Source of the DNA: Octopus vulgaris
Lineage: Eukaryota
DNA length: 64,000 nt
Assembly (NCBI GenBank): GCA_951406725.2
Contig: OX597823.1
Location: 101,308,001 to 101,372,000, forward strand
Direction of reading: 5' to 3'
Part shown: positions 1 through 12,145 of the stretch, one piece after another
How positions within the stretch are numbered: the first letter of the stretch is position 1
Layout of the letters: every line of letters begins with the position of its first letter
Made by a program: the position numbers and the translations under genes
The notes under the pieces: model-generated
Told to the model about the DNA's origin: nothing
Database searches by the model: none
Seen by the model: only the letters and a program-made list of their open reading frames with translations

Positions 1-1040
1 AATTAGTATTCATTCCATTTTGTATAAATCACCAATAAATTTGAAAGAAATAATATTATAAATATTCTGTTCATGCTAATTTCCAGATATTTGCCCACAC
101 TAGCGAAATCATATTCCTAATATAACTCGTCACATGATAAGCAACACTCAAGCAGTTACGTAGTTCGCTTCGATGTTATTTTATACAAGGTCGTGACTAA
201 TTCCAATATTTGTTGTTGAATTTGTATTTTATATTATAAATTTCTATCGTGTCTGCATCTACGTGTATTTCGGAACATTGCCAATGTTGTCCACATTCTT
301 ATTTCTTGTTACTACTGTCATTGTTTAACCCAAGGTTTCTGATCATAAGCTTGCTCGATCAGAGCAAGATTATGATCAAAGTCATTCCAGACGTAACATA
401 GCTTTGATTATTGGTGACGATGTTGCTACTCGCTTCAGTTTATCTCTGTTTGACGTAGAAAGCCTTCAGGCCATCGTGGATATTAACACCGAACCATTTC
501 GGTATTCTGCAGTCTTAACATTAACATAACTTTTTTATGAGCTATTATGTCTACATGTAGTATATAGTTTTTATCATCAAATCTAGCTTTCGTGTAATAA
601 TAAGCCAAAATATTGTATAGCAGTAGTCGAGATTAAAGAATGCCGAGTCAATACGTTACTGAAGAACCAATTGAATGATTTCAAATTCGAATCTTGTATG
701 CGTTGCTGCGTTGAGTCAGCAGTAAAAAAACTTTTAATTCTCTGGAGTCAATTGAGGACCATGTGGCTGGAAATGGGTACCACATGTTGGGGTAACGGCA
801 TGGAGTAACAACAGATTGCAGCAAATAGCATTAGTAGCGTAAAATTATCTTGCAGTGTTTTGTTCAGTATCGTGTAGAACATAATGCTTATCCGAGACAT
901 TCCTTTCGGGGCTCTGTTCCTGCCTCACCACCCGTAAAAAAAAACAAGACAAAGAAATAACAAATAACCTCGGAACCTGGTAGCGAGTTCAATTTTTACG
1001 CATTGATTGACTAAATTGTCAGCTTTATTATATTACTTGC

Positions 1041-1190
1041 AGAAATTCCGCCGAGGTCTACTTTGCCTTTCATCCTTTTGGGGTCGATGAAATAAGTATC
1101 AGTTGATTACTGAGATCGATGTAATCAACTTAACCCCTCCCCCGACGTTGCTGGCCATGTGCCGAAATTTGAAGCCATTATTATTATTAA
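1041..1190 (+). mobile_element. 5'-truncated tRNA-derived SINE, family A (Meta-domain-like core) with (ATT)n tail
   Basis: Core ctttgcctttcatccttttggggtcgatgaaataagtatcag matches the other family A copies in the window; ends in attattatta. Confidence 0.75.
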
Positions 1191-1598
1191 TGTTAAGGTG
1201 GTGAGCTGACAGAAGTACTAGTTGAGAACTAGGGCCGATATAATTTTGTAGAAAGAATTATTTTATTACTTGACTCGTTAGAAATAGCAGTCAAGTTTCC
1301 CTCGAATTACACTCTAATGTCTTAAAAAAGACAAGTTGGATAATGTACACAGAGAAATAAAAGGGGTGATCATGGGTGGAGTGTCTTTGGTCATAGGTTT
1401 AGTTTTCTAAATCTGACAGGGGCATATAAAGATGATGGTGGAGAGCCATACAATTCACAATGGTGTGGGGTGTTTCTCGTTGAAGATTTTGCTTCCACGT
1501 AACAGATCAAGTATAGTTGAATGGCTAAGATGTCCAGTTCACGACCATATGGTTCTGAGTTTGTTCTCATTGCGCAGCACCTTGGGCTGTTTTACCCA

Positions 1599-1770
1599 GG
1601 TGCGTGGCTGAGCGAGTACAGTGTTTTACTCATTATCGTAGGATTGTGGTTTCGATTCCCAGATCAGGAGGTGCATTGTGTTCTTGGGCAATACACATCA
1701 TTTCCCATTGATCCAGTCCACTCAGCTGTGAGATGAGGAACCCTGCAACAAACCAGCGTCCCGTTTGATC
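1599..1770 (+). mobile_element. Degenerate tRNA-derived SINE, family C-like
   Basis: B-box-like ggtttcgattccc, then ttgtgttcttgggcaa...ccagtccactcagctg, paralleling the copy at 15886. Confidence 0.55.
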
Positions 1771-1921
1771 TTGATCATTTATACGCCGTGGAAATCGAGT
1801 GTCCGGCCTTAGGAGTAATAAACAAGGACTCAAGACAGGCCCTTAATACTTTAGGTTTACCAGTAGCTTGGCTGTTGACGTTGTTACAGATACGGGCAGC
1901 TAGAACATTTGTAGGAAGAGA

Positions 1922-2140
1922 GGGTGGTGAGCTGGCAGAATCGTTAGCATGCCGGACAAAGTGGTTAGTGACAGTTAATCCGTGTTTGCGCTCCGAGATC
2001 ACCTTCAGCCGCAGTCGACTTTGCCTTTCCTTCTTTCGGGGTCGATAAAATAAGTACTAGTTGCGCTCTGGAGTCAATGTAATTGACTTTTCCCCTTCCT
2101 GAAATTGTTGGCTTTGTGCCAAAATTTGAAAGCAATATTT
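1922..2140 (+). mobile_element. tRNA-derived SINE, family A (diverged)
   Basis: Head ggtggtgagctggcagaatcgttagc plus core gtcgactttgcctttccttctttcggggtcgataaaataagtactag. Confidence 0.75.
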
Positions 2141-2183
2141 GTTAGAGGAATCGTAAGCATGCATGGAATTCTAGAAGATTACA

Positions 2184-2400
2184 GGCGGCGAGCTGGCAGA
2201 ATCGTTAGCACGCCAGGCGAAATGTTTAGCGGTATTTCGTCTGCCGTCACGTTCTGAGTTCAAATTCCGCCGTGGTCTACTTTGCCTTTCATCCTTTCGG
2301 GGTCGATAAATTAAGTACCAGTTACGCACTGGGGTCGATATAATTGACTTAATCCGTTTGTCCTCTCTGTGTTTAACCCCTTGTGGGTAGTAAAGAAATA
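2184..2400 (+). mobile_element. Full-length tRNA-derived SINE, family A, with target-site duplication
   Basis: Head ggcggcgagctggcagaatcgttagc, B-box-like gagttcaaattcc, core gcctttcatcctttcggggtcgataaattaagtaccag. Flanked by ggaattctagaagattaca (2165-2183) and ggaattctagaagaatata (2401-2419). Confidence 0.88.
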
Positions 2401-3185
2401 GGAATTCTAGAAGAATATAGTTCTGAGAAGAAGAGATTCCTTAGAGAATAGCTAATTGTTTATGTGAAAGAGCATATCCGGGTAATTCGTGTGTTGTGTT
2501 CATGATAGCAAAGTAGTTTCGTATGCGGAACAGGTAAAGCACTTCATTTCCTGTTGTTTAAGTTCATTCAACTGAAAAGAGTACCAATAGCAGGTTTACT
2601 ACGGGTTGGCTTTTGTCCAGAGGATCCTTGAAGTGTAGAAGAAGCGATCATTTGACGTTCTGTTTTACGCTACAGGAAAGCTGTCATGAAGGTTGAAGTT
2701 GCTTTGACATTCTGATGCTAAGTGTCTAGGGCAGAATTCGTGCTGGATATAAAGCTCTATTTATGCACATGTGCTACCATAGCAACTACAGACACGAAGG
2801 TACACATGTTTCTAACTAAAACCTAAAGAGCTAAATAGTGGCAGCTGTACATAGGTTGTTCATATAATCCTTAAGTAATATAAAAAATAATTTAGAACTT
2901 ACGATTAATAATTCAACTTGACCTATTTCTCACTCCCAGCCGCCGTAACCGAAGTTATGCATAAATTTCAACTTGGTTTCTTTATATGTCTCGTTTATTT
3001 ATCCGTTTATAATTGAACCAGTTATCAAAATAGAGTGAAAGAAACGGGTTGAGGAAGGAGAGAGAGAGAGAGAGCGAGTTTCTCGAGAAAAATGTAAATA
3101 TCTGTCTTTACACATGCATATGTGTATATATGTGCATGTTTGTGTGCGTGTGTTGGTGTATTTGTATACATACATACATACATAT

Positions 3186-3284
<99 letters not shown>

Positions 3285-3368
3285 AACATCCATCCATCCA
3301 AGCATCCATGCATTCATACATGCATGCACATAAAACATACCAAACATACACACACATGCATGGACATG

Positions 3369-3415
<47 letters not shown>

Positions 3416-3981
3416 GCACACATTCAATTATCATTATCATTCTTTATTCTCCGCTGAAACATTTCCGGGGGAAAAGTGATAGAAAACAAATTAAACATTT
3501 TAGGCATTTTGTCATTCTGATAACTGATGTTTGAATACTACCAAACCACATTGCACTGCGAATATAAAATTATTAATATCATTTCTTCTCTGGGTCAGAA
3601 AACAGAAAAATCTATATTGTTATGGAGATTGGGTGTCAAACTAATAAAAATTTCTAGTCTAAAATTGCGAAGCCGATGAAAAAAAAACATCTACAGAGAA
3701 ATTAAACGGAACATATAGATACGATTTCTTGAATATAAATTTAAATTTATACGCTAGTCATTTATAGTTGCATATTAAAATCTTATAACAAAAATCTTCT
3801 CTACATAATAATCTAACAAATCTGATTTTTTTTTAATAAAAGGGGCGAGGTAGATAGGGGTAGAGTTGTTGGAAAATAAAAATAATAAATAATAAATAGA
3901 AAATGTACTCTCATGCACACGTTCGATGTAGAAAGGTCACCAGATTTGTTTTGTAATTTCGGGATAATTGAATACTCGAAG

Positions 3982-4285
3982 ATGGCGAGCTGGCACATGC
4001 GTTAGCTCGTCGGAGAAAATGCTTAACGGCATTTCTTTACAAATTCTGCCGAGGTCGACTTTGCCTTTTATCCTTTCGGGGTCGATAAATTAAGTACCAG
4101 TTACGCACTGGGGTCGATGTAATCGACTTAATCCGTTTGTCTGTCCTTGTTTGTCCCCTCAGTGTTTATCCCCTTGTGGGTAGTAGAGAAATAGGTATTT
4201 CGCCTGCCGTTATGTTCTGAGTTCAAATTCCACCGAGGTCGACCTTGCCTTTCATCCTTTCGGGGTCGATAAATTAAGTACCAGT
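3982..4285 (+). mobile_element. SINE family A, about 1.5-mer (body restarts after its own 3' end)
   Basis: After the tail ...gggtagtagagaaata (4193) the sequence restarts at the internal ggtatttcgcctgccg and repeats the core. Confidence 0.8.
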
Positions 4286-4353
4286 AAATGATCCAATATT
4301 CAGCAAATATACGATCCAGACTATTCAACAACAACAACAACAACAACAACAAT

Positions 4354-5980
4354 AAATAGATAGGAAATTTGGATTTGAAAAATGCGCCAAAGTAACCCTG
4401 AAAAGAGGAAAAACTAGTTAAGAGTAGCAACATCACACTAGATAAAACCAACGAAATAAAAGAATTATACCAAAGCCAAACTTACAAATACTTAGGAATC
4501 CATGAACTAGATAAGACACAACACACACAAATGAAAGTGAAAATAAAAAAAATAGAATACTATAGACGAGTTAGATCAATACTAAAAAGAGAGCTCAATG
4601 CTAAAAACAAGATAATAGATATTAACACTTTAGCTGTCCCAGTTATAAGTTACAGCTACAATATCCTTAACTGGACACTAAATGAACTGACCAAAATAGA
4701 TAGGAAAACAAGAATAATGACAGGATCTAGGATGCATCACCCAAAATCTGACATAGAAAGGCTATATATACAACGTATAGAAGGTGGTAGAGGCCTTATA
4801 AAGCTGGAAAACTATTATAAAATAACCACTGCAAAAATACCTACTTCAGAAGCAAGGAAAACTGATACAAATAGCGGCAAAACACGAGCAAAACAAAAAT
4901 TGTTCTCAGTATTTAAGGAAGCTGACAAATACAAACAAGAAATCATACCACCTAACAAATATGAAGAAGAAGAAGAAGAAGAAGAAGAAGAAGAAGAAGA
5001 AGAAGAAGAAGAAGAAGAAGAAGAAGAAGAAGAAGAAGAAGAAGAAGAAGAAGAAGAAAAGCTATAAAACAAATGAAATCCAAACTAAAACTAGAACAGC
5101 AACGGACCATGATAAAACGATGGCGAGAAAAGCCCATTCATTGCAAATACTGGACTAAACTAAATGCAAAAGAAATAGACAAAGAAAAATTCCCAGCATT
5201 GGTTGAGAAGCTCAGGGCTCAAAGCAGAGACAGAGGGATTTTTAATTGCAACACAAGACCAAAGCCTCCCCATCAGAAATTACCAAAAACATGTAATGAA
5301 AAGAAATATAACAAGTAACTGCAGAATATGTGAAGATTGACAAGAAACAATAAATCATATTATCTCTGGCTGCCCAGTCCTGGCTAAGAAGGAATATATT
5401 CATAGGCACGACAGAGTTGGGACCTACATACACTGGAAGCTATGCCAACATTATGGAATAACAACAGAAAAAAGATGGTATAGGCACACACCAGAAAATG
5501 TCACAGAAAACGAGAAAGCAACCATACTCCGGGATATGCCAATACACACAGATAGAGAATTAAGGCCAACAGATCAGATATAGTTGTCAGAGTTCATGAA
5601 GAAAAAAATGCTTTCTGATTGATGTATCAATACCAGCAGATGACAACGTGTCTCTAAAAAAAATGGAGAAACTTTCAAAATACAAAGACCTGGAAATAGA
5701 GGCAACTAGAATGTGGAATCTAAAAACAGAAACAATTCCTATCATTGTAGGTGCATTAGGCATGATAAAAAATATTCAGACAAATACATAACAAAAACAC
5801 CAGGACTTACAAACACATATAACATACAGAAAATTGCACTACTAGGCACTGCACACATCTTACGCAGAACACTTTCCATACAATAACCATCAGAGCATCA
5901 CAACAAATCACAGCACATACCCAAGGCACACAGAGCTGCGCTCGGTAGTGAAGTGAAAGCACGCTATAAAAATAAAACTA

Positions 5981-5983
<3 letters not shown>
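4354..5983 (+). mobile_element. 5'-truncated R4/Dong-clade non-LTR retrotransposon (RT C-terminus, CCHC knuckle, restriction-like endonuclease), frameshifted
   Basis: ERLYIQRIEGGRGL, CRIC...HII..C, HRHDRVG, and EN region homologous to the copies at 18361 and 20300. The 3' UTR ends in ...aaaactactg followed by (AAT)n. Confidence 0.88.
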
Positions 5984-6063
<80 letters not shown>

Positions 6064-6080
6064 TGATGATGATGATGATG

Positions 6081-6136
<56 letters not shown>
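5984..6136. repeat. (AAT)n/(GAT)n microsatellite
   Basis: Direct reading. Confidence 0.95.
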
Positions 6137-6137
<1 letters not shown>

Positions 6138-6735
6138 GCGTCTGATTAAGACACAAGTCCAAAAATTTCGAGGAGAGGGTATTATTTGATACCATCCATC
6201 TCTGTACCTGAGAGATACTTTATTTTATCGACCCTGAAAGGAGGAAAAGTATAGTTGATCCTAGTACAATCTGAACTCAGAATTTAATGAGCCGCAAAAA
6301 GTAAAAAAAAACATTGCAAAGCATTTTCCCGACACTGTCCGCTCATAGAACCCTGTGGTTTCTGATTTAGGCATAAAGCCAGCAATTTTGCAGAGAAGGG
6401 ATAAGTCGATACAGTCGACTATAATACGCGACTGGTATTTTATTTTATTGAATTTTGAAGAATGAGTGACATACTTGATCTCGGTGGGATTTGAACACAG
6501 AACTTAAAGAACCGGAAGAAATAAAGCAAGGCATTGTGTCCAATGTTCTGGTAAATTTTCTACCTTATTACTCTAAAATGATAATAGGTTTTAACACAGG
6601 TACAAGGCCAGAAATTTGGGAGAAAGGCTTGGTCAATTATATGCACCTCAGTACTTGTCTAATACGGTATTGATCAAAAGATGAAACGTAATATCAACCT
6701 CGGAGGTGTCTGAATTCAAGGACATAACGGGGCGT
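6137..6735 (-). mobile_element. Three tandem degenerate SINE family A copies
   Basis: Reverse-complement cores such as tttattttatcgaccctgaaagga...gaactcagaa recur at about 6220, 6440 and 6680. Confidence 0.65.
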
Positions 6736-6736
<1 letters not shown>

Positions 6737-6767
<31 letters not shown>

Positions 6768-6835
6768 CCATCATCACCACCATCACCACCACCACCACCA
6801 CCACCACCACCACCACCACCACCACCACCACCACC

Positions 6836-6890
<55 letters not shown>

Positions 6891-6909
6891 CCATCACCAT
6901 CACCATCAC

Positions 6910-6954
<45 letters not shown>

Positions 6955-6973
6955 TATTATTATTATTATTATT
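6737..6973. repeat. Compound (CAT)n(CAC)n(CAT)n(TAT)n microsatellite
   Basis: Direct reading; source of the poly-His/Met/Asp ORFs. Confidence 0.95.
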
Positions 6974-7509
6974 TTCATTTTTCACAGTCGAATATTAAGA
7001 ATACTGAAAATAGAGATAAATTTGCTTGATACTAGAAAAATATGCACAGGAAGGGAGGAAGGAAGGTTCTCGAAAATAAAATATGACTAAAATAAAAATA
7101 AAGTATAAAAATAGACGATTGTCTCTGACGAAAGGAATGGCTTTATTTAAGTCTTTCCTTGTTTTATTTCCTCCTCAGCCACTTGAAAACATATTTTGCA
7201 ACACTATTTTTGACCGTTTGGTTTCATTATTGGGAAATGTTATTAAAATCACATGAACGCAGAAATTCTCAATTACACTGTTCCCGCATAACGATAATAA
7301 GGATTTTCATGCGTAGGCACAAGAGTCACAAATTGGTTGAGTGTGCGTAGGCAGTTAATTAACCAAAGCACAGTATTTGTCTAGTATTTGTCCAGTGGGA
7401 ACAATATTAAAGCCGTCCTTGGCGGAATTTGAAACCAAAACTTAAATCTGTCCTTCATTCTTGCGACTCTGCCCAATTTCATGCTCTCTACAGCAACAAC
7501 AACAACAAT

Positions 7510-7920
7510 TATCTTTTTTACAATAGGCATATGGCCTGAAATTTTTGGGGAGGGTGCTAGTCCCTTAATCGACTCCAGTGTTCAACTGGTATTTATTTTA
7601 TATACCCCGAGAAGATGGAAGTCAAAAACAACCTAGGCGCATTTTGAACTCAGAACAAAAAGACAGACGATATGCAGCTAAGCATTTTATCCGGCGTGTT
7701 AACGATTCTGCTAGCTCACTACCATAATAATAATAATCCTTACTATTATAGGCACAAGGCCTGAAATTTTGAAGGCAGGGGGCTAGTGAATTACATCGAC
7801 CCAGTGTTTCACTGGTACTTAATTCATCGACCCCGAAAGGATGAAAGGTAAAGACGAACTCGGCGGTATTTGAACTCAGAACATAGAAGACTGGAAGAAA
7901 CACAGTAAGGCATTTTAATC
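7510..7920 (-). mobile_element. Two tandem SINE family A copies
   Basis: catcgaccccgaaaggatgaaaggtaaagacgaactcggcggtatttgaactcagaac (7827-7882); head complement aacgattctgctagctcactacc (about 7701-7723). Confidence 0.75.
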
Positions 7921-8277
7921 GAAACAATAACAATTATGTCAGCCAAATAAATATTAGCTTGCTGTATTATGCAATATCGTTACATTCCTTATAACATTTT
8001 TGAGATTAGAAGTCACGGCAATAAGTTGACGTATTTTCTATGAAGAACTTCATAATTTCTGATATGTAATATCATGTAATATCTCCTATCACAAATAACT
8101 TGTAATTCGATGGTAAATTTTAATATTCGAAATATACTCTAATATTTCTATGAATATTGACATTACGCATTACGTACATAAAAATCATATTATACATACA
8201 TACATATATAGAGATATATATACATACATATGTATATTCATACATATATATTTATACATAAACATATTTATATATAT

Positions 8278-8336
<59 letters not shown>

Positions 8337-8477
8337 ACTTGTTAAAACCTATTTCTCCCGTGGTGTGTTCTTTCATTTTGTGTTCATTGCTTTCATTATA
8401 TATATATGAACGATACCTTATGTCATATAAAGATTTTTAATCTAGAGCTGCATCTATTGCAGAACTCAGTATGTATA

Positions 8478-8532
<55 letters not shown>

Positions 8533-8576
8533 ACATGTTTTGCATATATATGCATGTCTTTATATCTGCTCACACA

Positions 8577-8611
<35 letters not shown>

Positions 8612-8847
8612 ATTTATCTGTGTATCTATCTACCTACCCATCTATCTATCCATCTGCCTATACGACTGAATACGTGGATGCATGTAATGTGTGTATATAC
8701 ATATACATATAAATATACATATAAGCATATATGTAAGTGTTTGTGTAGATGTAAATATATTAAATAGTATACACACGTGTACGTGTGTATGTGTGCCTGT
8801 GCATGTGTATGTATGTATACATAAGTATATATATGTATATATGTGCA

Positions 8848-8878
<31 letters not shown>

Positions 8879-9247
8879 ATATAAGTATGTATATATATGT
8901 GTGTGTGTGTGTGTCTAGATAGATACAGAAATCGAGACACAGATACATAGATATAATATCAGCACACATCAAAAAATTTAATATGAGGAAGTAGCGATTA
9001 AAGTGGCAGGCTGAACATTCAGACATTTCAGTTGAAATGTGTGTAGATATGGGGGGGGGGGGTTGTGTTTACCTTTAAATGCTTTTATAAGATTGTTTAC
9101 GGTTGTAATTATACAGGAAACATCTTTTGGTTTATGGAAAAAACGGGGGAACGAGCAATTGCCATCTATCAAAATGGCAGACATGGTGTCAAAAAATTAG
9201 GGAAGACTTATTCAAATATTTTTATTTTCTAAAAAGCTGGTGTTTTG

Positions 9248-9317
<70 letters not shown>

Positions 9318-9734
9318 AGATGCATGTCTGTGTGTATGTATACACACACACTTATATGTATGTAATGTATATATATACATATAAATACACACACACGCAC
9401 ATACATAAACATGTATATATCTATACCTATATATATGCATATACATATATTATACAATATTATATATATTTATACAAACATATATATATATATATATACA
9501 TACATATATGCATACATACCTACATGCATACATACATACACACATACATACATACATACATACATACATACATACATACATACATACATACATACATACA
9601 TACATACATACATGATTACTTCATCTTGACAGACGATAGCTGTCACATCAACACACACCACACCCCACCACACAGCACAATCCTCCCGTTGATGGGCCTT
9701 CAGATGACTTTTAAGACCAGCTACTGACTGACTG

Positions 9735-9788
<54 letters not shown>

Positions 9789-10189
9789 GTTTAAATATTT
9801 GTTGTGCAAGATTTTATTGGCTAAACTGGCAATATGACCATTCCGAAATATAACAATATATATATATATATATATATACAAAGAGAAAGAGAAGAAGGAG
9901 AGAGAGAGAGAAGGAGAGAGTAGAGTGTATAGATTTTAATATAGAATTCATAATTGTAAGCGGAGAAAAGCTCGTGAACCTGGTGTTTTATCTATTAACT
10001 ACGATTATATAATTCGATCTCATACCTTACACTTTCACCTTCTCATGCTCTCATTTTTGTTCATACCTTCTCGGGAATAAGACAATATTTTTACTTTCAC
10101 AGAACAGTTCTTTGGTGGTGCTACTTATTCTAATACATATTTTTTGTTGATAATTGTTCATCGCGGCTAATTGGATTTATCTTTAATTC

Positions 10190-10760
10190 AAGATGTCTGG
10201 TAAGAAACCGTTCAATAGACCTGAATATAGTACTTTGGAAAGGAACTGAAATTCGATTGCCCTGGATATCAAAGATGGTGTTTTAACAAAATCTTAATTC
10301 GGGAGGGAAACCATGAGCCACATTGCCAGAACATTAAAGCTTGCGCCGCTTACAGTTAACACGTTAGAGTAGAGATAATTAAGCCAAGAGCTCGATAAGC
10401 CACTCCGTTAACTGCGCGGACCTTACGTTTCTGTGTGTCTAATGTGACACTTAAAATGGAATTTAGTGAATAGATCGAAAATGAGACTCGACGTAATGGG
10501 CCAACAATAAGCATTATGGTAATGCAGTAAATAAATGAATGAATAAGTAAATAGAAAGTCAAATGTTTGTGTGATGATGTGCAAATAAATGAATAAATAA
10601 ATAATAAATAAATAAAAAGTAAAAAATAAAAAAAGGAAGAAGAAACTCCAAATAAAAAATGCTTTCTAGCTAGAAAAAGTCAAATTTGAATTATGATGCC
10701 TCACAAGCATTTAAAATTTGCACAGTATGAAAATGACTGGTGAAGCGGAAAACAGACAAA
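10190..10760 (+). pseudogene. Highly degenerate Tigger/pogo-type transposase remnant (HTH/CENP-B-like N-terminus)
   Basis: Manual translation gives MSHIARTLKLAPLTVNT, ATPLTARTL...LKME..*IE, and LHSMKMTGEA, all typical of Tigger transposases. Many stops and frameshifts. Confidence 0.6.
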
Positions 10761-10927
10761 CGCATACATTATGTACGTGGAAGATATTGAATGAAACTCT
10801 CAAACTGCCAGATTCCTTAACTCCTCACCTGAAATTAAACGACGTGTGCTGATAATCTACCTGTCTGTCTACCTGTCTGTCTGTCTGTCTGTCTGTCTGC
10901 CTGCCTGTCTATCTATCTATCAATCTG

Positions 10928-10971
<44 letters not shown>

Positions 10972-11466
10972 CCTATCTGTCTGTCTGTCTGTCTATCCGC
11001 CTGTCTGTCTGTCTATCTGTCCGTCTGTCTATCAATAACTCTACCTATCTATTGACTTATTTATCTTCTGGCATATGCGTATGCATGTTTGTATGTATGT
11101 ATATATTTGTGTGTGCATATACATTTACATATATATATATATTCATTTATACATACATACATACATCTATGATCGGATTGCTATGAAGCGGGTGTACATG
11201 TGTGCGTGCGCGCACGTGTGTTTACAAAAAGACACACATGAGAAGAATTACAAATCAACAGAACTCATTCCATATGTTCATAGAAACCATGTAATTTGCT
11301 TATAACATTGCTATTTTCCTATTGTTGCTTATCGATTTCCGCTGTCATTTGATATCTTCAGAATTTTACATATGCAATTTGGAAGCGCCAGTTTGATGAC
11401 TTTAACTCAAGAATGAGCAACATATACGTACGGTACCAGAAATCTACACACACACACACACACAGA

Positions 11467-11513
<47 letters not shown>

Positions 11514-11758
11514 TCTTTCTCTTTTTAATTTAGAATAAATTTTGAAGGAAAGCATCTTGATTTGTTCATCATCTTTAAATCGTAAGAACATCTTGCAAAT
11601 TATTGTCTCATATGCCGTGATCATTTGTACTGTATGAACTAAGGAATGGCGTTCTATCTCCAAGAGCCCAAGTTCACCCCTACTTTACTTCAGACGGGTT
11701 GGTATATATCTTGTATGTATGTATGTATGTATGTATGTATGTATGTATGTATGTATGT

Positions 11759-12089
11759 GTTCACGGGTACATAGAAATTCCGGGGTGGTGTCCAGCGTGC
11801 TGAAAGACCACTGGGAGTGAGGCGCTCCTCAGCTTTTGTTAAAGCACGTCTCTAGGAGAAGATCACTCTGATATAAAACCAGATATGCAGGGAATGGCAT
11901 TGAACATTTTGGGGATCTTTGGTTTGTGCTAGAGATCACGGCGCTCCCACATCCCTGAGCCTGCGACTCATATTGGCACCAGACATCTTGCTCCGGCTTG
12001 TCTCTGTATAATGTCAATAGAGTGGAGAGGGTCTATGAGGTGTTGTGCAAGCCTTATTGGACCTAAAACTTTGCACAGGCATTGCCGAC

Positions 12090-12145
<56 letters not shown>

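Noticed and set aside
6694-7029. Poly-His, poly-Met and poly-Asp/Gly ORFs
   Set aside because: Compound trinucleotide microsatellite.
11325-11365. Hammerhead-like CUGAAGA...GAAA-UCGAUA on the minus strand (similar partial hits at about 7125, 39720 and 57830)
   Set aside because: Stem I and/or stem II cannot be formed, or GAAA is missing; compatible with chance.
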